From Tubiluchus corallicola (Eukaryota; Animalia; Priapulida), in the NCBI GenBank assembly GCA_030141605.1, contig JAQGDQ010001396.1, forward strand, positions 1 through 42,729: DNA of 42,729 nt, given 5' to 3'. Both the position numbers and the translations under genes were made by a program. The first letter of the stretch is position 1. Each line of letters opens with the position of its first letter. Shown here piece after piece: positions 1 through 12,100 of the stretch. The notes below the pieces were generated by a model, which saw only the letters and a program-made list of their open reading frames with translations, had not been told where the DNA came from and made no database searches.

Positions 1-12
1 CTTGAATATTAA

Positions 13-396
13 TTCAACGTTACAGCCGTTTTGTTCTTTATGCCTATCGCTATATCCGTGACTCTTTACGTCAAAATATGTCTTGCAGTCAAGCGCAGCC
101 AAGAGGTCAAAGCCAAAATGGTAAACAACAGTTCAATGGGCTCGAACAGCAAAGCACTTATCACAATCATTCTTGTGGTTGGTACGTTCGTCATTCTCTG
201 GCTGCCTCAAATTGTGTTTATTTCATCTATTACAGTCCCTGGTGGAATAGCTTTCACTAATCGCTATTACTTTCTTCAACCAATCTTTTTGCTGATTGTA
301 TCTACAAACTCCTTAATTAACTCCATAATTTGTGCCACAAGGATACCTCCAATTAAGAAAAGATTGAAATCCATGTGGCGAAGTTTTATTCACTAG
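13..396 (+). pseudogene. 3' part (TM5-TM7 and C-tail) of a rhodopsin-class GPCR; probably pseudogenised, or a terminal exon
   Basis: Three hydrophobic segments with LYxKI after TM5, a KALxT...FVILWLP TM6 motif, TM7 NSLINSIIC (degenerate NSxxNPxxY) and a basic helix 8. There is an in-frame TAA at 10-12 just upstream. Confidence 0.7.
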
Positions 397-858
397 TCCA
401 GCCGTTAAGTAACTTACTGTGAAAAAGATACACGATCGGATACGGCAGTGTTACAGACACAAATGCAAGTGCTGATGTGTAGGTGCATTAGGCTCAGACG
501 GAGATACGGAGATGTATATACAGATATTGATAGCTATGCGGATAATCACGTGTAAATTGTCGTGTGCAAAATATTCATGTAGCAATTCGTTGTAATGTTT
601 TAACTTGAGATACTGGCCAAATTGGCTTATGTACTCTACCCATAGAACGTCCCAATGTGCTTGTTTTACACCCTTTCATATTTTTAATTTAGCGTAAAAA
701 ATTCGGGCCTTAATTTTTACCTTATGAGGTGTTCTCCAATCCCTCATGGAAAGTTCATATATGCGCCAAATACTAAAATTGTGTCTCTCTTCAACCAATT
801 TTATGATAAAGTGGGTTCACAACTTTGAGTTTGACTTTATAAATAAAGCACAGCAGTA

Positions 859-1690
859 CATCATCATCATCCAATGAATCATACGTCCAGGGACATGATT
901 CTGTTCACCTCCCTATGCCAGGACTCCCTGCTTGCCGCAATGCCCCAAGTGCATTTATTTCTAAGGATCAATGTTGAAGTGCTTAAATCTTTCGGTGCAA
1001 AATCTAAATATGTTAACATTTGTCCTCCTCCAGGTTTTTTAGCTGGTTCTATGGCTTGTTGAAGAGCTATCTTCACTGGAATATCATCAGGTAGTCTAAG
1101 CATATGCCCAATCCATCTTAAACGGCGTCTTTTTATTTTTCTTGCCCAAGGTTCTTCTTTTGTTTTTTCATATAGATCTTTGTTTGAAATTTTCTTTGGC
1201 CATCTGATACCCAAAATGTTTCTGTAATTTCGCCTTTGAAACGCATCGATTTCAGCTTTATGATTTGCTTTTAATGTCCAGAGCTCAGAGTTATACAGAA
1301 ATACAGTTTCAACTAAGACTGTGAATATTCTAATTTTTGTTTCCAAAGAAATCTTCGTATTATCAAAAACTTTTGTGAGTTTTGAGTAAGCTGATAATGC
1401 CATTATCTTCCGTCTTGATATGTCGTCTTCTGTTGGTAGCAGACTACCGAGATACTTGCATCTTTGCCATGATTCATCACCATGGCGTGTTATGTGAAAC
1501 TCTTCAGTTTTATTTTTGTTTTGTAATCCATGCCACATCATCAGCATACTGCATAGATATAGTAGTTTACTTACTTTGTAGAGAGCTGTAACTGTGTTCT
1601 TGTCTTACTTCATTCGGTATTAACTCAGGATCAAGAATTGTGCAGTTATGATCTTCTAGGTCTTTCGATGGTATAACTTTGTCCTCAGAA
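859..1690 (-). mobile_element. 5'-truncated, decayed non-LTR retrotransposon (RTE-like RT C-terminus) with a (GAT)n tail
   Basis: ORF 879-1547 has KYLGS, LYNSELW, ILGIRWPKKISN and RRRLRWIGH motifs. The RT motif MQYADDVAW (YADD at 1548-1537) is in another frame, implying a frameshift or deletion. A catcatcatcat tail lies at 859-871. The 5' boundary is approximate. Confidence 0.88.
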
Positions 1691-1877
1691 ATACAAACAC
1701 TAGCTGTTAATTCATGCTATGAAGCTAGTACACAATCGAACGTCCGAATTCCATTCTAAAAATGTTTTTATTATTATTTTTTATAACATTTATTATAACA
1801 CTATTTATTTATAACAAATCTCATAAATATTATTACGAATTTGAATAAGTCAAAGCCCCAACTACTTTTGTTCTTTG

Positions 1878-2010
1878 TCATTGGAAATATCATGTAGTCA
1901 GAACACCGTTGGAAATATCATGTAGAACACTGGATATCAACATTTGAATCATTGGAAATATTGGATATCAACGTTGGTGTCAACATTGGAAATATCATGT
2001 CAGAACAACA
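1878..2010. repeat. Short degenerate tandem repeat (cattggaaatatcatgtag / ggatatcaac units)
   Basis: ttggaaatat recurs four times, interleaved with ggatatcaac and agaaca copies. Confidence 0.7.
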
Positions 2011-3441
2011 TTAGTTGTTAGCACGGCCTGTATAAGTAAGTACTTATGATATCTGGCATCCTTTAAGTTTAATGAGTTGTCAAATACAATTTCGAAGATT
2101 GCAATAAACATACAATCTAAAACGTGAAAAACAATAACCAGTCTCTAACATATCGCTTAAAAATAGTATGTAAGAGTATATTCAGTAAACTGCTAAGGAC
2201 GCCAAACTACATATATTTTTACTGTGATTCTTGATTTTAGTTACACAAATCAGTCACTACAGTTTCACTAGTAAATTAGTGGCCATGCTTACATGTACAG
2301 TTTTTGATCGTTATCTGAGAACTAAATTAAGTTTTTTGCACACTTTGTTACTTTTATTACTGATTCGAAATTTATCACAGAGTCCACCAGTTACTTCACA
2401 ATTTTGAAGTGAATTGCGGCAACCACCGTGCCTGAAATTTCTGTACAGGATAGTATAAATTAAGTTCATTGTTTATGGATATTTTTTGCAAATTTCTTCG
2501 TGGATATATTGCAAACTTATATTTTTCTAAGTTTAAGCGATAACAGTAACACAAACCCAATATTCTAAGTGACTTGCGCTTTCTTTCAACTCTCCCAGCT
2601 CTTTTATTCACAGAGAATTTTTTACTAATAACAGGCCGCTCAGTTTTGATTATGTACTTATGAATGTTATTTGTTTTAAATGTTTTGTGTTCGTGTGTTT
2701 TGCGGGTGAGTCAGTACGAAATAAAGTTATTACAAATAAATAAAGATGAAGCAAGATAAACAGTCTTTCGAGCTGTATTAAACCGAAACATCAAGTGAGG
2801 GTTAACTCGTCCTGGAAAGCGTGGAAAACAGACGCACTTCTAAAATCTCGTACATAATAGAAAGTGCATTATGTTACATAAACACACGTAATTGGTGAAT
2901 TGTGGTTATTGTGCCTACCTGAGGCTGTGCGGTATCAGACATGTGTAAAAATTTTCTGTAGCCTAGCCATCTTGTGAACTGTCACGACACGACAGTCTGC
3001 AACTCTCCCATTTTATATCTAAATTCATTAGTGAAAACAAATGATAAGATTTTAATAAATATTTTCGTTTATTAAGGGCAAAAATAACAAACCGCTCATT
3101 TTGGGTTACACAAGTCTCTGCCTTTACAGAAATAATCTTTACAAGTATTATGGTAGTGAGACTTGTAAAACAAACATTTTTAAAAATGCTTACAACATGC
3201 ATTTTAGCTACGATAAATTGTTGTTGGCAGCTGAGGTTTAGCTCACGCTCTGTTAGATCAAATAGATATGAACTGAAATTTACCACATTTTCTGCATTTA
3301 CCATTGTCGCTTTATGAAGAAGACTGCTATAGAAAACAAACTGTTACGTTATGGTACTGTCTGTTATTGTACGCACCGCTACTAATTTGCACTTCAACTG
3401 AAAGTGATCCACTGTGACAATACCGCGTAAGTTACTAATAT

Positions 3442-4687
3442 TGTTGTGAATTTATTTTGGAATAAGGAATTAATTAGAAAATTAATTAAAGAAATTAATT
3501 GATAAGAGTTTGGGACTAGGTTAATCATAATAGATTAGATAACAACGTTTATGCGATTTGATCATAAGAGACTCATTCAGCTTGTATCTTGAATTTAATG
3601 AGTTAATGTATCGGAGGAGGTTGGTAAATTGTAAAATATAGAAATGTTAAACAAACGCAGAGTAGCATAAATGAACTCTACTCTCATTAACACACATAAG
3701 CTCGAAACACGATGGTACGGAGAGTTGCAATTTCCTAGTTCGGCTGACCGCTGGTGATTGTCACCGATTGATAATTAGCCTAGTGTCTCCGGCTATGCTC
3801 TAAGGTCTGAGACAATAAATCGCTGTCCTCGGTGACATCGAGTACCATCAGAATTAGAGGTACCATCTTTGGATTGGCAGCCATGGGAGCTCTGTAACGT
3901 GTCACTGACGAAATGTGACCATCGTGACCATGTGACTCAAGCAAAGTGACCATCGATTCAAAAAAGTATGTACAAGCTCTGTTGAGAGAGTTGTTGCTGG
4001 GATTGCGAGGAGAGGAGAGCTGCCGTGGAACTGCGAGACGATCTTCGGAAAGAAGTCACTGTCTTTAGCTCAGCGTGGAAGAATTCTGCGTCGTTTGTAA
4101 AAGCAAACCTCTGATGCTAAGAGTCTCGTTCAGGAGTGTGGATCTGGCTGTTGTTAGGTCCAATAACAATTACAGTTGTTAGGTTGGCCAGGCCACAAGT
4201 GACTTTACTATTATTTCTCTGTTACTGTAACGGCGATACTAGTTGTATTAATTTGTAACTTTGGGCACCATAAGTGCGAGCATTGCAATTTGTTACTTAA
4301 TCGCAAGTCGGTTTATCATTCTGAATAAACCGTTTTAGTTGTAAGAGCCTACAAGCTCGTAAGTTAAAGATTTGTTAAAGTGACTTTTTAGCTTTGATTA
4401 AATTGTGGAACTTGTTAAAATAAAACTTTAATCACTTCACTTTAACTTAATGTTGAATTGCTTTGCTATTCAAGAAGTTACTAAAGGAACAGTCTCGTTA
4501 AAGACACTATCTGCTTAAACGAACCTGGCATATTCACACTGAAAGGCTTATTGCGGAAGCCAGCTTGATAACTCGAGAGATAAAGACATATTCTCACAAC
4601 GCATATTTCGTGGCTTAGTTCATGTGGATGAATCATTCAATTAAGTAAACAATTAATTAATAAGTTGTTTGCGAAAAATGCGGACAA
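3442..4687 (+). mobile_element. Candidate solo LTR (about 1.25 kb)
   Basis: Starts TGTTG and ends GGACAA, flanked by direct TAATAT (3436-3441 and 4688-4693). It has a GC-richer core, an internal AATAAA near 4324, and no ORF. Confidence 0.4.
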
Positions 4688-5950
4688 TAATATCACCCGT
4701 ACCGTTGATTAAATAGCGAGCTACTATAAAGAGGGGGACTAATAAATTATTAACGATGCACCTACAAATACGGTATTGACAAACGCAGAAACGGTAAATA
4801 TGTCTCAAACAAGGTGTCACAAACATTTAATAATGCACAAGTATTATGCTTATCAGAAAAAATGGAGAACTACATGTATGTGAATGTTAATGGAAAACTA
4901 AACAAAGCCTATGGTTATTGTTACGGTTAATGTGGACAGCAGCTATTGTATGTAGGTATAAAAGTAAAATATTAGTGGTTTTTGCATTTCCTTTGATTAT
5001 ACAGGGTGGCACATAAACTTATGCTAGGGGACTGCGAAACAACGAAAAGTAGTACAGAACAATTTATTACACGGTATAGATCATGCCCTCAGTATTTAAT
5101 TGGAAGCCCCGCGTATTTTACATGCATGCATGGGTATTTTCAAACTAGCTCGCGACTAGAAAACTTAGGAATTGTTTTTTTTATTGAATTGAATGGCATC
5201 GAAATTCGCTGTACCTCAACCCTGCCTTACATATTGGAGCTATTATGAAGGATAGTATGACAGGCTAAGATGATCTAAGAAAACATGCTATTGATTAGTA
5301 TTCAACAGAAAAGTTCGTGAGACATCTGCTAAATGTGTTGGAGAATCTTGAGCTCTTCAGTTGGTACTTCGCTTATACTCATCAAGATTGCAGGCTGTGT
5401 GAAACACAGGGAGCCTGTGCAGTAAATCAAGGGCTTGGTAGGTTCTCTGTTGCTTCAGCTATATTTTGAGTCAATAAATTGTTCTACACAGTTTCGTTGT
5501 TTTTGTACCCCGCTAGTCGAAGGTTATATAGTAGCACCCTGTACATACGTGGCAGTCCACTATAATAACAAAAAGAATAATTTTCAAAAATTCTGTTTTG
5601 AAGAGTGTACTATTTGAAAGATGATACACTTCTAGCATCTTGTATAGCTACGATGTATGTATGCCATGGTATTCTTGACTTGATACACTATTTGCGGTGC
5701 ACCTTAGTAGCACTTGTAAGAAGTAAGGCTTGCGTATTAGACATAATTTTTTTGTTTATACATTCTTTTCTCTACTCATTTGTTTATTGCAGTCTTATTT
5801 CAAGATTTATTTAAAATATTTGTTTGCTAGTCTGCTTGTTCATTTATATATTTATTTTTTTAAATTTTACTTACGTATTTATTTTACTAACATATAAGCC
5901 GATAGAGAGATTAACTAAAATTGCGCATCGATTGACTGCTAATTAGCAAT

Positions 5951-6890
5951 TAAGATTTTTCTATAGCAAAATCTTACTGTTTTTCATGGATTTATTATGA
6001 TTTATTAAGATTTTGCCATAGCAAAATCTTACTGTTTTTCATGGAGCTATTTATTTATTTATTCTCCGCCACTTTAACTCTTAATAACTCATAAGCCTTG
6101 CAAGCTAGGGTCACCAAACTCGCAGGGTTGGTAATCCTGAGCGGGTGACGTACAACAGTGTAGCAACCAGTGACCACTGGTGAAGGCGGGAAGGGCAGTG
6201 GACGTCGGTCAGTTTTTCCTTTAGGTTGCATCTCCTCCTAGGGCTTTTAATCTTTTGCAAGTATTTGCGTACTGTGGAGCAGGTGTGCACCTCGGGTTTT
6301 AAAAAACTGACAAGCTTTAAACGCCCGAGTGAGAGGCCAAAATGCAAAATTTAGGGTCCCCCCCAATTTGTGACCTTTTACACACTGAGAGTTGCCGGGT
6401 CAAAGGTCACGGAGCGAAACCGCGACCCAGCTAGGGGGTAAAATAGGAGTCGAAAAGACAAAGGCCTTCCACTATCGACCGAAACTAGCTTGTAGTGTAT
6501 CAAACGAAAAGTCTCGATGGGACAAACCGAATGGTGTAAGTTATGTCGAGACTGGTTGATCTCTGATCCCAGTAGAGGGCAAAAACCGAAAAATGGGGTC
6601 GGGAACAGAAATTCGTCGAGTGTCTATGAATAGTATCATGTAGCATATGAAATGAAAGGTCTTGATGAGGCGTATCGAATGGTATAGATTACAGTGTGAA
6701 TCGTTAACCCTGTGATCCAGGGTCTACCAAAAGTAGCCTGTTGTCTATCAAATAAAAGGTCTCAATGAGACAAACTGAATGATATAAGTTATGGCAAGAC
6801 TGGTTGACCTTTGACCCGTGGGTGATGGGCTGAACAGTTAAATGCTGAGGTTTCATTGTGAAATGCACTTCCCATGCATCAAGCAAGGTG
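5951..6890. mobile_element. Non-autonomous HINE/Helentron-like repeat with a terminal hairpin and internal tandem units
   Basis: Duplicated 40-bp head (taagatttt..atagcaaaatcttactgtttttcatgga) with an 11-bp-stem hairpin at 6006-6031, then an (att)-rich tract. It carries ggtcaaaggtca/tgacctttgacc motifs and three diverged copies of tatcaaa.gaaa.gtct..atg near 6497, 6646 and 6746. Confidence 0.55.
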
Positions 6891-7626
6891 AATTCAATAA
6901 AAGAAAATAAGCACTTTTAAGAAATCATCTTCTCATCTTTAAGGGCCAATTTCATAACTATTGTTGCAAAAACTTTAGTTTCTGACCACGTCAGAAACGT
7001 TGTCAACTAGTTATTATTGTTCTTGCACAAAACCATAGTCGTAGGCAGTGGGAGATTTTTGCTCAGCGAATGTTCGGATTCGGAGGTAATAAGCTCAGCC
7101 GCCTCCAACACATATCATCTGTAAAACGAATCAAGCAGGTAGCCTGCACAGAAAAAAGATGTCAGTGGCAAATCTAAGACGTTGATCCAGGTCTACGTGA
7201 TGCACGTTGGCAAAGTCAAGCAATTGATTGCAATAAAAATTTTCTTCTTTGCACAATAATAATAATTAGGATCAAGATTCACTGTGGACATGCATTGCTC
7301 ACGATGTGATTACATGACAATGGAACTGAACAACAAAACGACGGACAATGTTAAACATATTGAGAAGAAGATTAATAGCTATTTGAATGCAGTTGTAACG
7401 CTTAAAATAAAAGTAATAGAGAAATTGTGACAAAGAATATTGTGATTGGTTTGGGTCGGAAAAAGGTAAATGCTGAAAACGAAAATAGACTAGTTCTAAT
7501 TGGATTAGCGATATATTACGTCGCTTTGCCTATGTTTTTCCACGATAACTTCATTTGGTAACATCATTGTGGCATGTTCCGAGCAGTTTATAGATACTTG
7601 TGCCCCTTTGATACTTTACCAAATTG

Positions 7627-7748
7627 AATGCCAAATGCACCAAATTGTCTGAAGCCCAATTATCTAGGTCCAATTGCTGGAGACAATTTGGGTTCCAGTA
7701 TTTGGCCCCGGATAATTGGGCCTCAGACAATTTGATGCATTTGGCATT
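7627..7748. repeat. Long inverted repeat (38-bp arms, 2 mismatches, 46-bp spacer)
   Basis: 7627-7664 aatgccaaatgcaccaaattgtctgaagcccaattatc pairs with the reverse complement of 7711-7748. Confidence 0.9.
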
Positions 7749-8000
7749 AGTTTAGGAAAGTTCATGGTTAAGTGAAATTTTCCGCAATTCATTTTTCAGC
7801 AATAACACTTGAACCGTAATGTGAACAGCATTACCATTAGGAGATAAAATCGACAGTCCACTTTCCACTGCCTAAATGTCTACTACCCAAGTGCTATTGC
7901 TATAGTGTCAACTGCCCAAGAACGGCAAAAGCTAACAAGAAACAGTTCGTGACAAAATCATAAATGGAAAATTCTGCTATATATATAGTATCCGAGCGGT

Positions 8001-8580
8001 GCACGATAAAAATGGCACGGGAAAGCGGGCACAAATGGAAAAATAGGAAAAAATGCCACAGTTGTAAAATTTTTAGGGTTTATATATATTTAGGGGTATA
8101 ATTATTTTAGTTATTTTTACCTCGCGGTCCGCCAAGAAAGTTACGCTTCAATGCCGTCTGTTTGGCTGTTTTTGTCGCAATAAACCTACTATGCAAAACT
8201 CACCTTAACGTATTAACACAAAACTTCGTGGAGAACGAAGGTGGGTAGGGGACAAGAAAGGTGTATTTTTGACTTAGTTCCCGGACACGAGAAGAGGCTA
8301 AAATTGCTAAAAACATTTTTTGCCGTTTTCCACAAAATTTGATTGAATCAAACGTGCTAAAAACATTTATTCTTGAAGCACATTGCGAAGGTCTCAGAAA
8401 GAGTGTTATGCTTATTTGGAAAGAGGAGGACTTCGATGCAAGATAAGGTAATTCTTTTTTATTATCTCCACCAGGACAAACAACTGTACGCTTCAAAATT
8501 ATCTGCTTCAAAATGTCTTTTATGTCAATTTTCCTACTTTTCAATTTGTGTCATTTTTTCCTGTGCCATTCTTACCGTGG
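8001..8580. mobile_element. Old MITE with degenerate inverted termini of about 55-60 bp
   Basis: 8001-8059 cacgataaaaatggcacgggaaa...aaataggaaaa resembles the reverse complement of 8521-8580. Confidence 0.6.
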
Positions 8581-8689
8581 TATTTTCTCCTATCCTATTT
8601 TTACATACAAAGTGTATGAATTGCCAAATACAATTAGTCAAATTTTTTATTTGAACTTGTCACCTTGACTCTGTAGCTGAATTTTCCAA

Positions 8690-8832
8690 GGCCCAAATGT
8701 ACATTTGGGCCCTAATATCCATGACTCACGTAGTGGGGCACAAATTGTCTGTCCCAAAAAGCTGGGGCCCAAATGCTGCGACCCAAATATCCGGGGCCTG
8801 GAGCCCAAATGCTAAGGCCGAAGTGTCCCAGA
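8690..8832. repeat. Perfect 22-bp palindrome plus an array of about 15-bp ggcccaaa units (DNA transposon end relic)
   Basis: ggcccaaatgtacatttgggcc at 8690-8711, followed by repeated ggggcccaaa/gacccaaa units ending in gccgaagtgtcc. Confidence 0.65.
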
Positions 8833-9061
8833 ATCGTTCCGAACTTCGGCGCACCTCTCGCTAGTCAGAGTCGTGGCAAGTGTGCGGATAACAACGCAAC
8901 TCCAAATGCATTTCGATCTACCGTCTTTGAATAGGGAAGTAAAAATATGGATTGATTGATGGTAGTTTTTGCAAACAACATTTAAGTTTTTCGTGAAAAC
9001 GCAAAAAGCGTGGGACAAATCGAAACATTATTTTAACCACGTGCTTAGAACAAATCAAGCA
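8833..9061 (+). promoter_or_regulatory. Probable CLEC16A proximal promoter / 5'UTR
   Basis: Locally CpG-rich segment immediately 5' of the ATG, with an E-box CACGTG at 9038-9043. The TSS cannot be determined from sequence. Confidence 0.4.
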
Positions 9062-9141
9062 ATGTTTTTATCTAAACCTAAAGGCTGGATTTCTAGTAAT
9101 ATTTGGAAGCCAAAGAATCCTCACTCATTGGAACATCTAAA
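9062..9141 (+). CDS. CLEC16A: CLEC16A coding exon 1
   Basis: ATG 9062, [26 protein letters not shown](K), donor gtaagc. Confidence 0.92.
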
Positions 9142-12100
9142 GTAAGCAGCCTTCCATTCCAAGTAAAGCTAATATAATTGCTTGTTGGTAAAAGGGTATC
9201 AGTCAGTTGTTTGCCATATTTTCTGTATTCTAAGATCTAAAAGGCTGTGTAGCTGATATCGTCGGGCGGTGGATGTTCTATCAGCACAGAAGCTGTATAA
9301 TTTGCTTTTACTATACTTCACATTAGTTTAAACAGTATCTATATTAAACTTCACATTCATAGATTAGTTCGAGTACAGTACATTTGTATTACGATTTCGC
9401 GCAATTGCCTTTTTACGTGGTGGTGGACCTACGTCATTTTACTGTCATGATGATCCTAGACGAGAATCACTGTGCTGTAGAGAGCATTCAGATAATCATA
9501 AGCTGATTGTCGATTCTTATAGTCAGTGTCGATACTACCTGCACGTTTTGAACTAAGTAACAATAACCCGTGTACTTTAGTTTTTATCTGTGTATTTTGT
9601 CTGGACTTAAATCTTTTTTCAGTTTTTTCAAATTTGATAAGCAACATCTGGAACTGTAGCAAAATGTACTGGGCATGATTCTGACTGTGAATAGTGAAAA
9701 CCGATATCACTTCAGAATCAGAATTTTTCGCTGTTTGACTGTAGCCTCTCTACTAGGTTCTTGCTTAACAGCACTAATGTGTTAAGGCAAAACACTGTTT
9801 TAAGTGAATTGATGTCAAACAAAATCTTCCATAGAAAATAGTGTAAAAGTTCAAAGATGTGTTGCAGGGACTAAAATTGACAATTCAAAAATCTGTAATA
9901 ATATTGTGCAACACTAAAAATTTTCCTGGACTTCCGGTAATATTTTTCTTATTACCTATTCTTTCCTTCATTTGCGTTGTCATTACGTGCAGTTTTTCTG
10001 ACAGCATAAGTGACATGAGTGGTGAACACCATATTTGTTGCAGGATGCATAATTATATATAAGCACTTAATCAGGTTTATATGTATAGAGATCATTATGA
10101 CTGTTTCTGCCATTAGAAAGCACGTTCAGTCAAGGTCTCAGTCTGATGGTTTCAAAAAGGGGCATCCTTTAAACAGTCAAGTTGCTACCAGACATACAGT
10201 TAATTTGGAGAGCTAAAAGATGGGCAGGCCACTCAAGTCCATAACTACAAGTTGAGTGAACAAAGAGTAATTTTTGTAAACTATGCAATAATATCCATGG
10301 GTAAATTGGCTCTGCTGCAAATAAGAAAATTTTTATTTTAAAATCTTAAAAGTTTTGTACCTTTGATTTCTGAATATTTCTGGATTCATCGGGCTGATAT
10401 TCTTTTAGGTATTTGTACAATGTGCTGTCAAGAAACCAAGTTGTTAATGAAGGAAATCGGACATTGCTAGTAGAAACGTTGCGACAGATTGCTGAAATAC
10501 TCATCTGGGGTGATCAAAATGATAGCACAGTTTTTGAGTAAGATCATATTTTACTATGTGTAGCCTTTTTGCGTCTGGTATTCTCTGCATCGAGTACTTT
10601 GTGTCATATCAGCGCTGTGCATTATTGCGCTTATAAAGATCCAAGAAATTGTTTTATGATCTTTAGTATATTCTTTTCATTTTTTATTTTTGACCTGAAA
10701 ATAATTTATACCATTAAACTAAAGCATTGTACCTTTTTCTTTGTTGTGGGATTTTCTATTTTTCTGTTTTCTAATTCTTATTAATTGGCAAGAATCATTC
10801 CTGAGCTAGCATAACTTTTTGTTTATTATCGTAATAATGAACTATTAAAAAGTTAACTCCCTCAAGTAATGCAGCTAATTGGTCCACAGTTGGAGGCCTA
10901 ACTAGTTAAATTTTATTCCTTAGACATGTTTAAATGATTGAATGATTGTTAAAGCACAAGAAAACAATTAAGTAGAGCTTAAAAAATTTGTCTTTGAATT
11001 TTGTGTCACTTACGTGTGCTGTCTTATTACATGCAGGACTTGCATTAGCAATAACACTGTGTGAAACTAGAAAAATTTAAACTCCTGCAGTGAACGATTA
11101 GGTAAATCATTTGAAACAAGTTTAGATAATATTGTGTGAAGTTTGAAAAATTAGCACACTCTTCTCTAGCTAAGAAAAAGTTCAAATTACTTTTTATTGT
11201 CAGTAAGATCAATAACGTGTTTTTGGTGAATCAGTGGTGCACACTGAGATGGCAGTTCGGTAGTGTTTTACCTGATTGTGCAAACATTTTAAATTATTAA
11301 TAAGTTTCTTTTGCAATTACATATGTCAAATGGAAAGTTCTTCGGGACATATTTTAAAATTCCGTTTTCATCCCCTTTAACACTACAGGAAGCCAGTGTA
11401 ACAGGAATGTAGGATAATGAAAATCAGTTTTCAAGGTAGAATGTGTTATCCCTAATCTGATGTGAAGCTTTTTCATTTTGTTGTTGAATTTGGGAAAATG
11501 TTGGTTCTGTTCTAGAACCTGAACCACATGAATTAAAGCACAGATGTGAACTAAAAACAATGTAACTGTTTCAAAGAATTATGAACTTTTTAAGTATCTT
11601 ATTATTTTCCTGTTACCTATTTGTATAGTAATATATTATGCTTTTTAATTCCTATTTCAGTTGTGAGTAATTTTTTTTTGACTTAGTTTCTTTTTGGAAA
11701 AAAACATGCTCGGATTTGTTCTGAAGATAATGCGTCAGAAATCTGGTCGATATGTCTGTGTGCAGTTACTACAAACTTTAAACATTTTGTTTGAAAACAT
11801 ACGTAATGAGACTTCACTTTGTAAGTGGTTAATATTACTAATTTACTTATATTATTATATTAAGCAGGCTTCTCTGATTTAAGAATATGATTATTTAAAA
11901 GATAAGAATGTATACATACCATTTGACAGTGCGAATTTATGCTTTGCTTTTAGTAAATTTCACATTTTTCATTTGTTTTTTTTTGAAATAAGAAAAAAAT
12001 TTGGAATTTCAATAACAATTTTTGAAGTAATTGTTTAAACGAAATTGTGCTACTTGTTTTCCTGAACTATTTTTTAGTAATGCATACTTGTTTGTTTTTG

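Noticed and set aside
2963-3304. 113-aa - strand ORF whose start (NVVNFSSYLFDLTERELNL) faintly recalls a Penelope-type RT N-terminal motif
   Set aside because: No downstream KGLxF, RT or GIY-YIG motifs are recognisable, so chance similarity is likely.
11655-11670. tttcag-tt-gtgagt, an apparent microexon or alternative acceptor before exon 3
   Set aside because: It would give a 2-nt exon with a 24-nt intron, or a 26-nt frameshifting extension. The 11687 acceptor gives the conserved protein.
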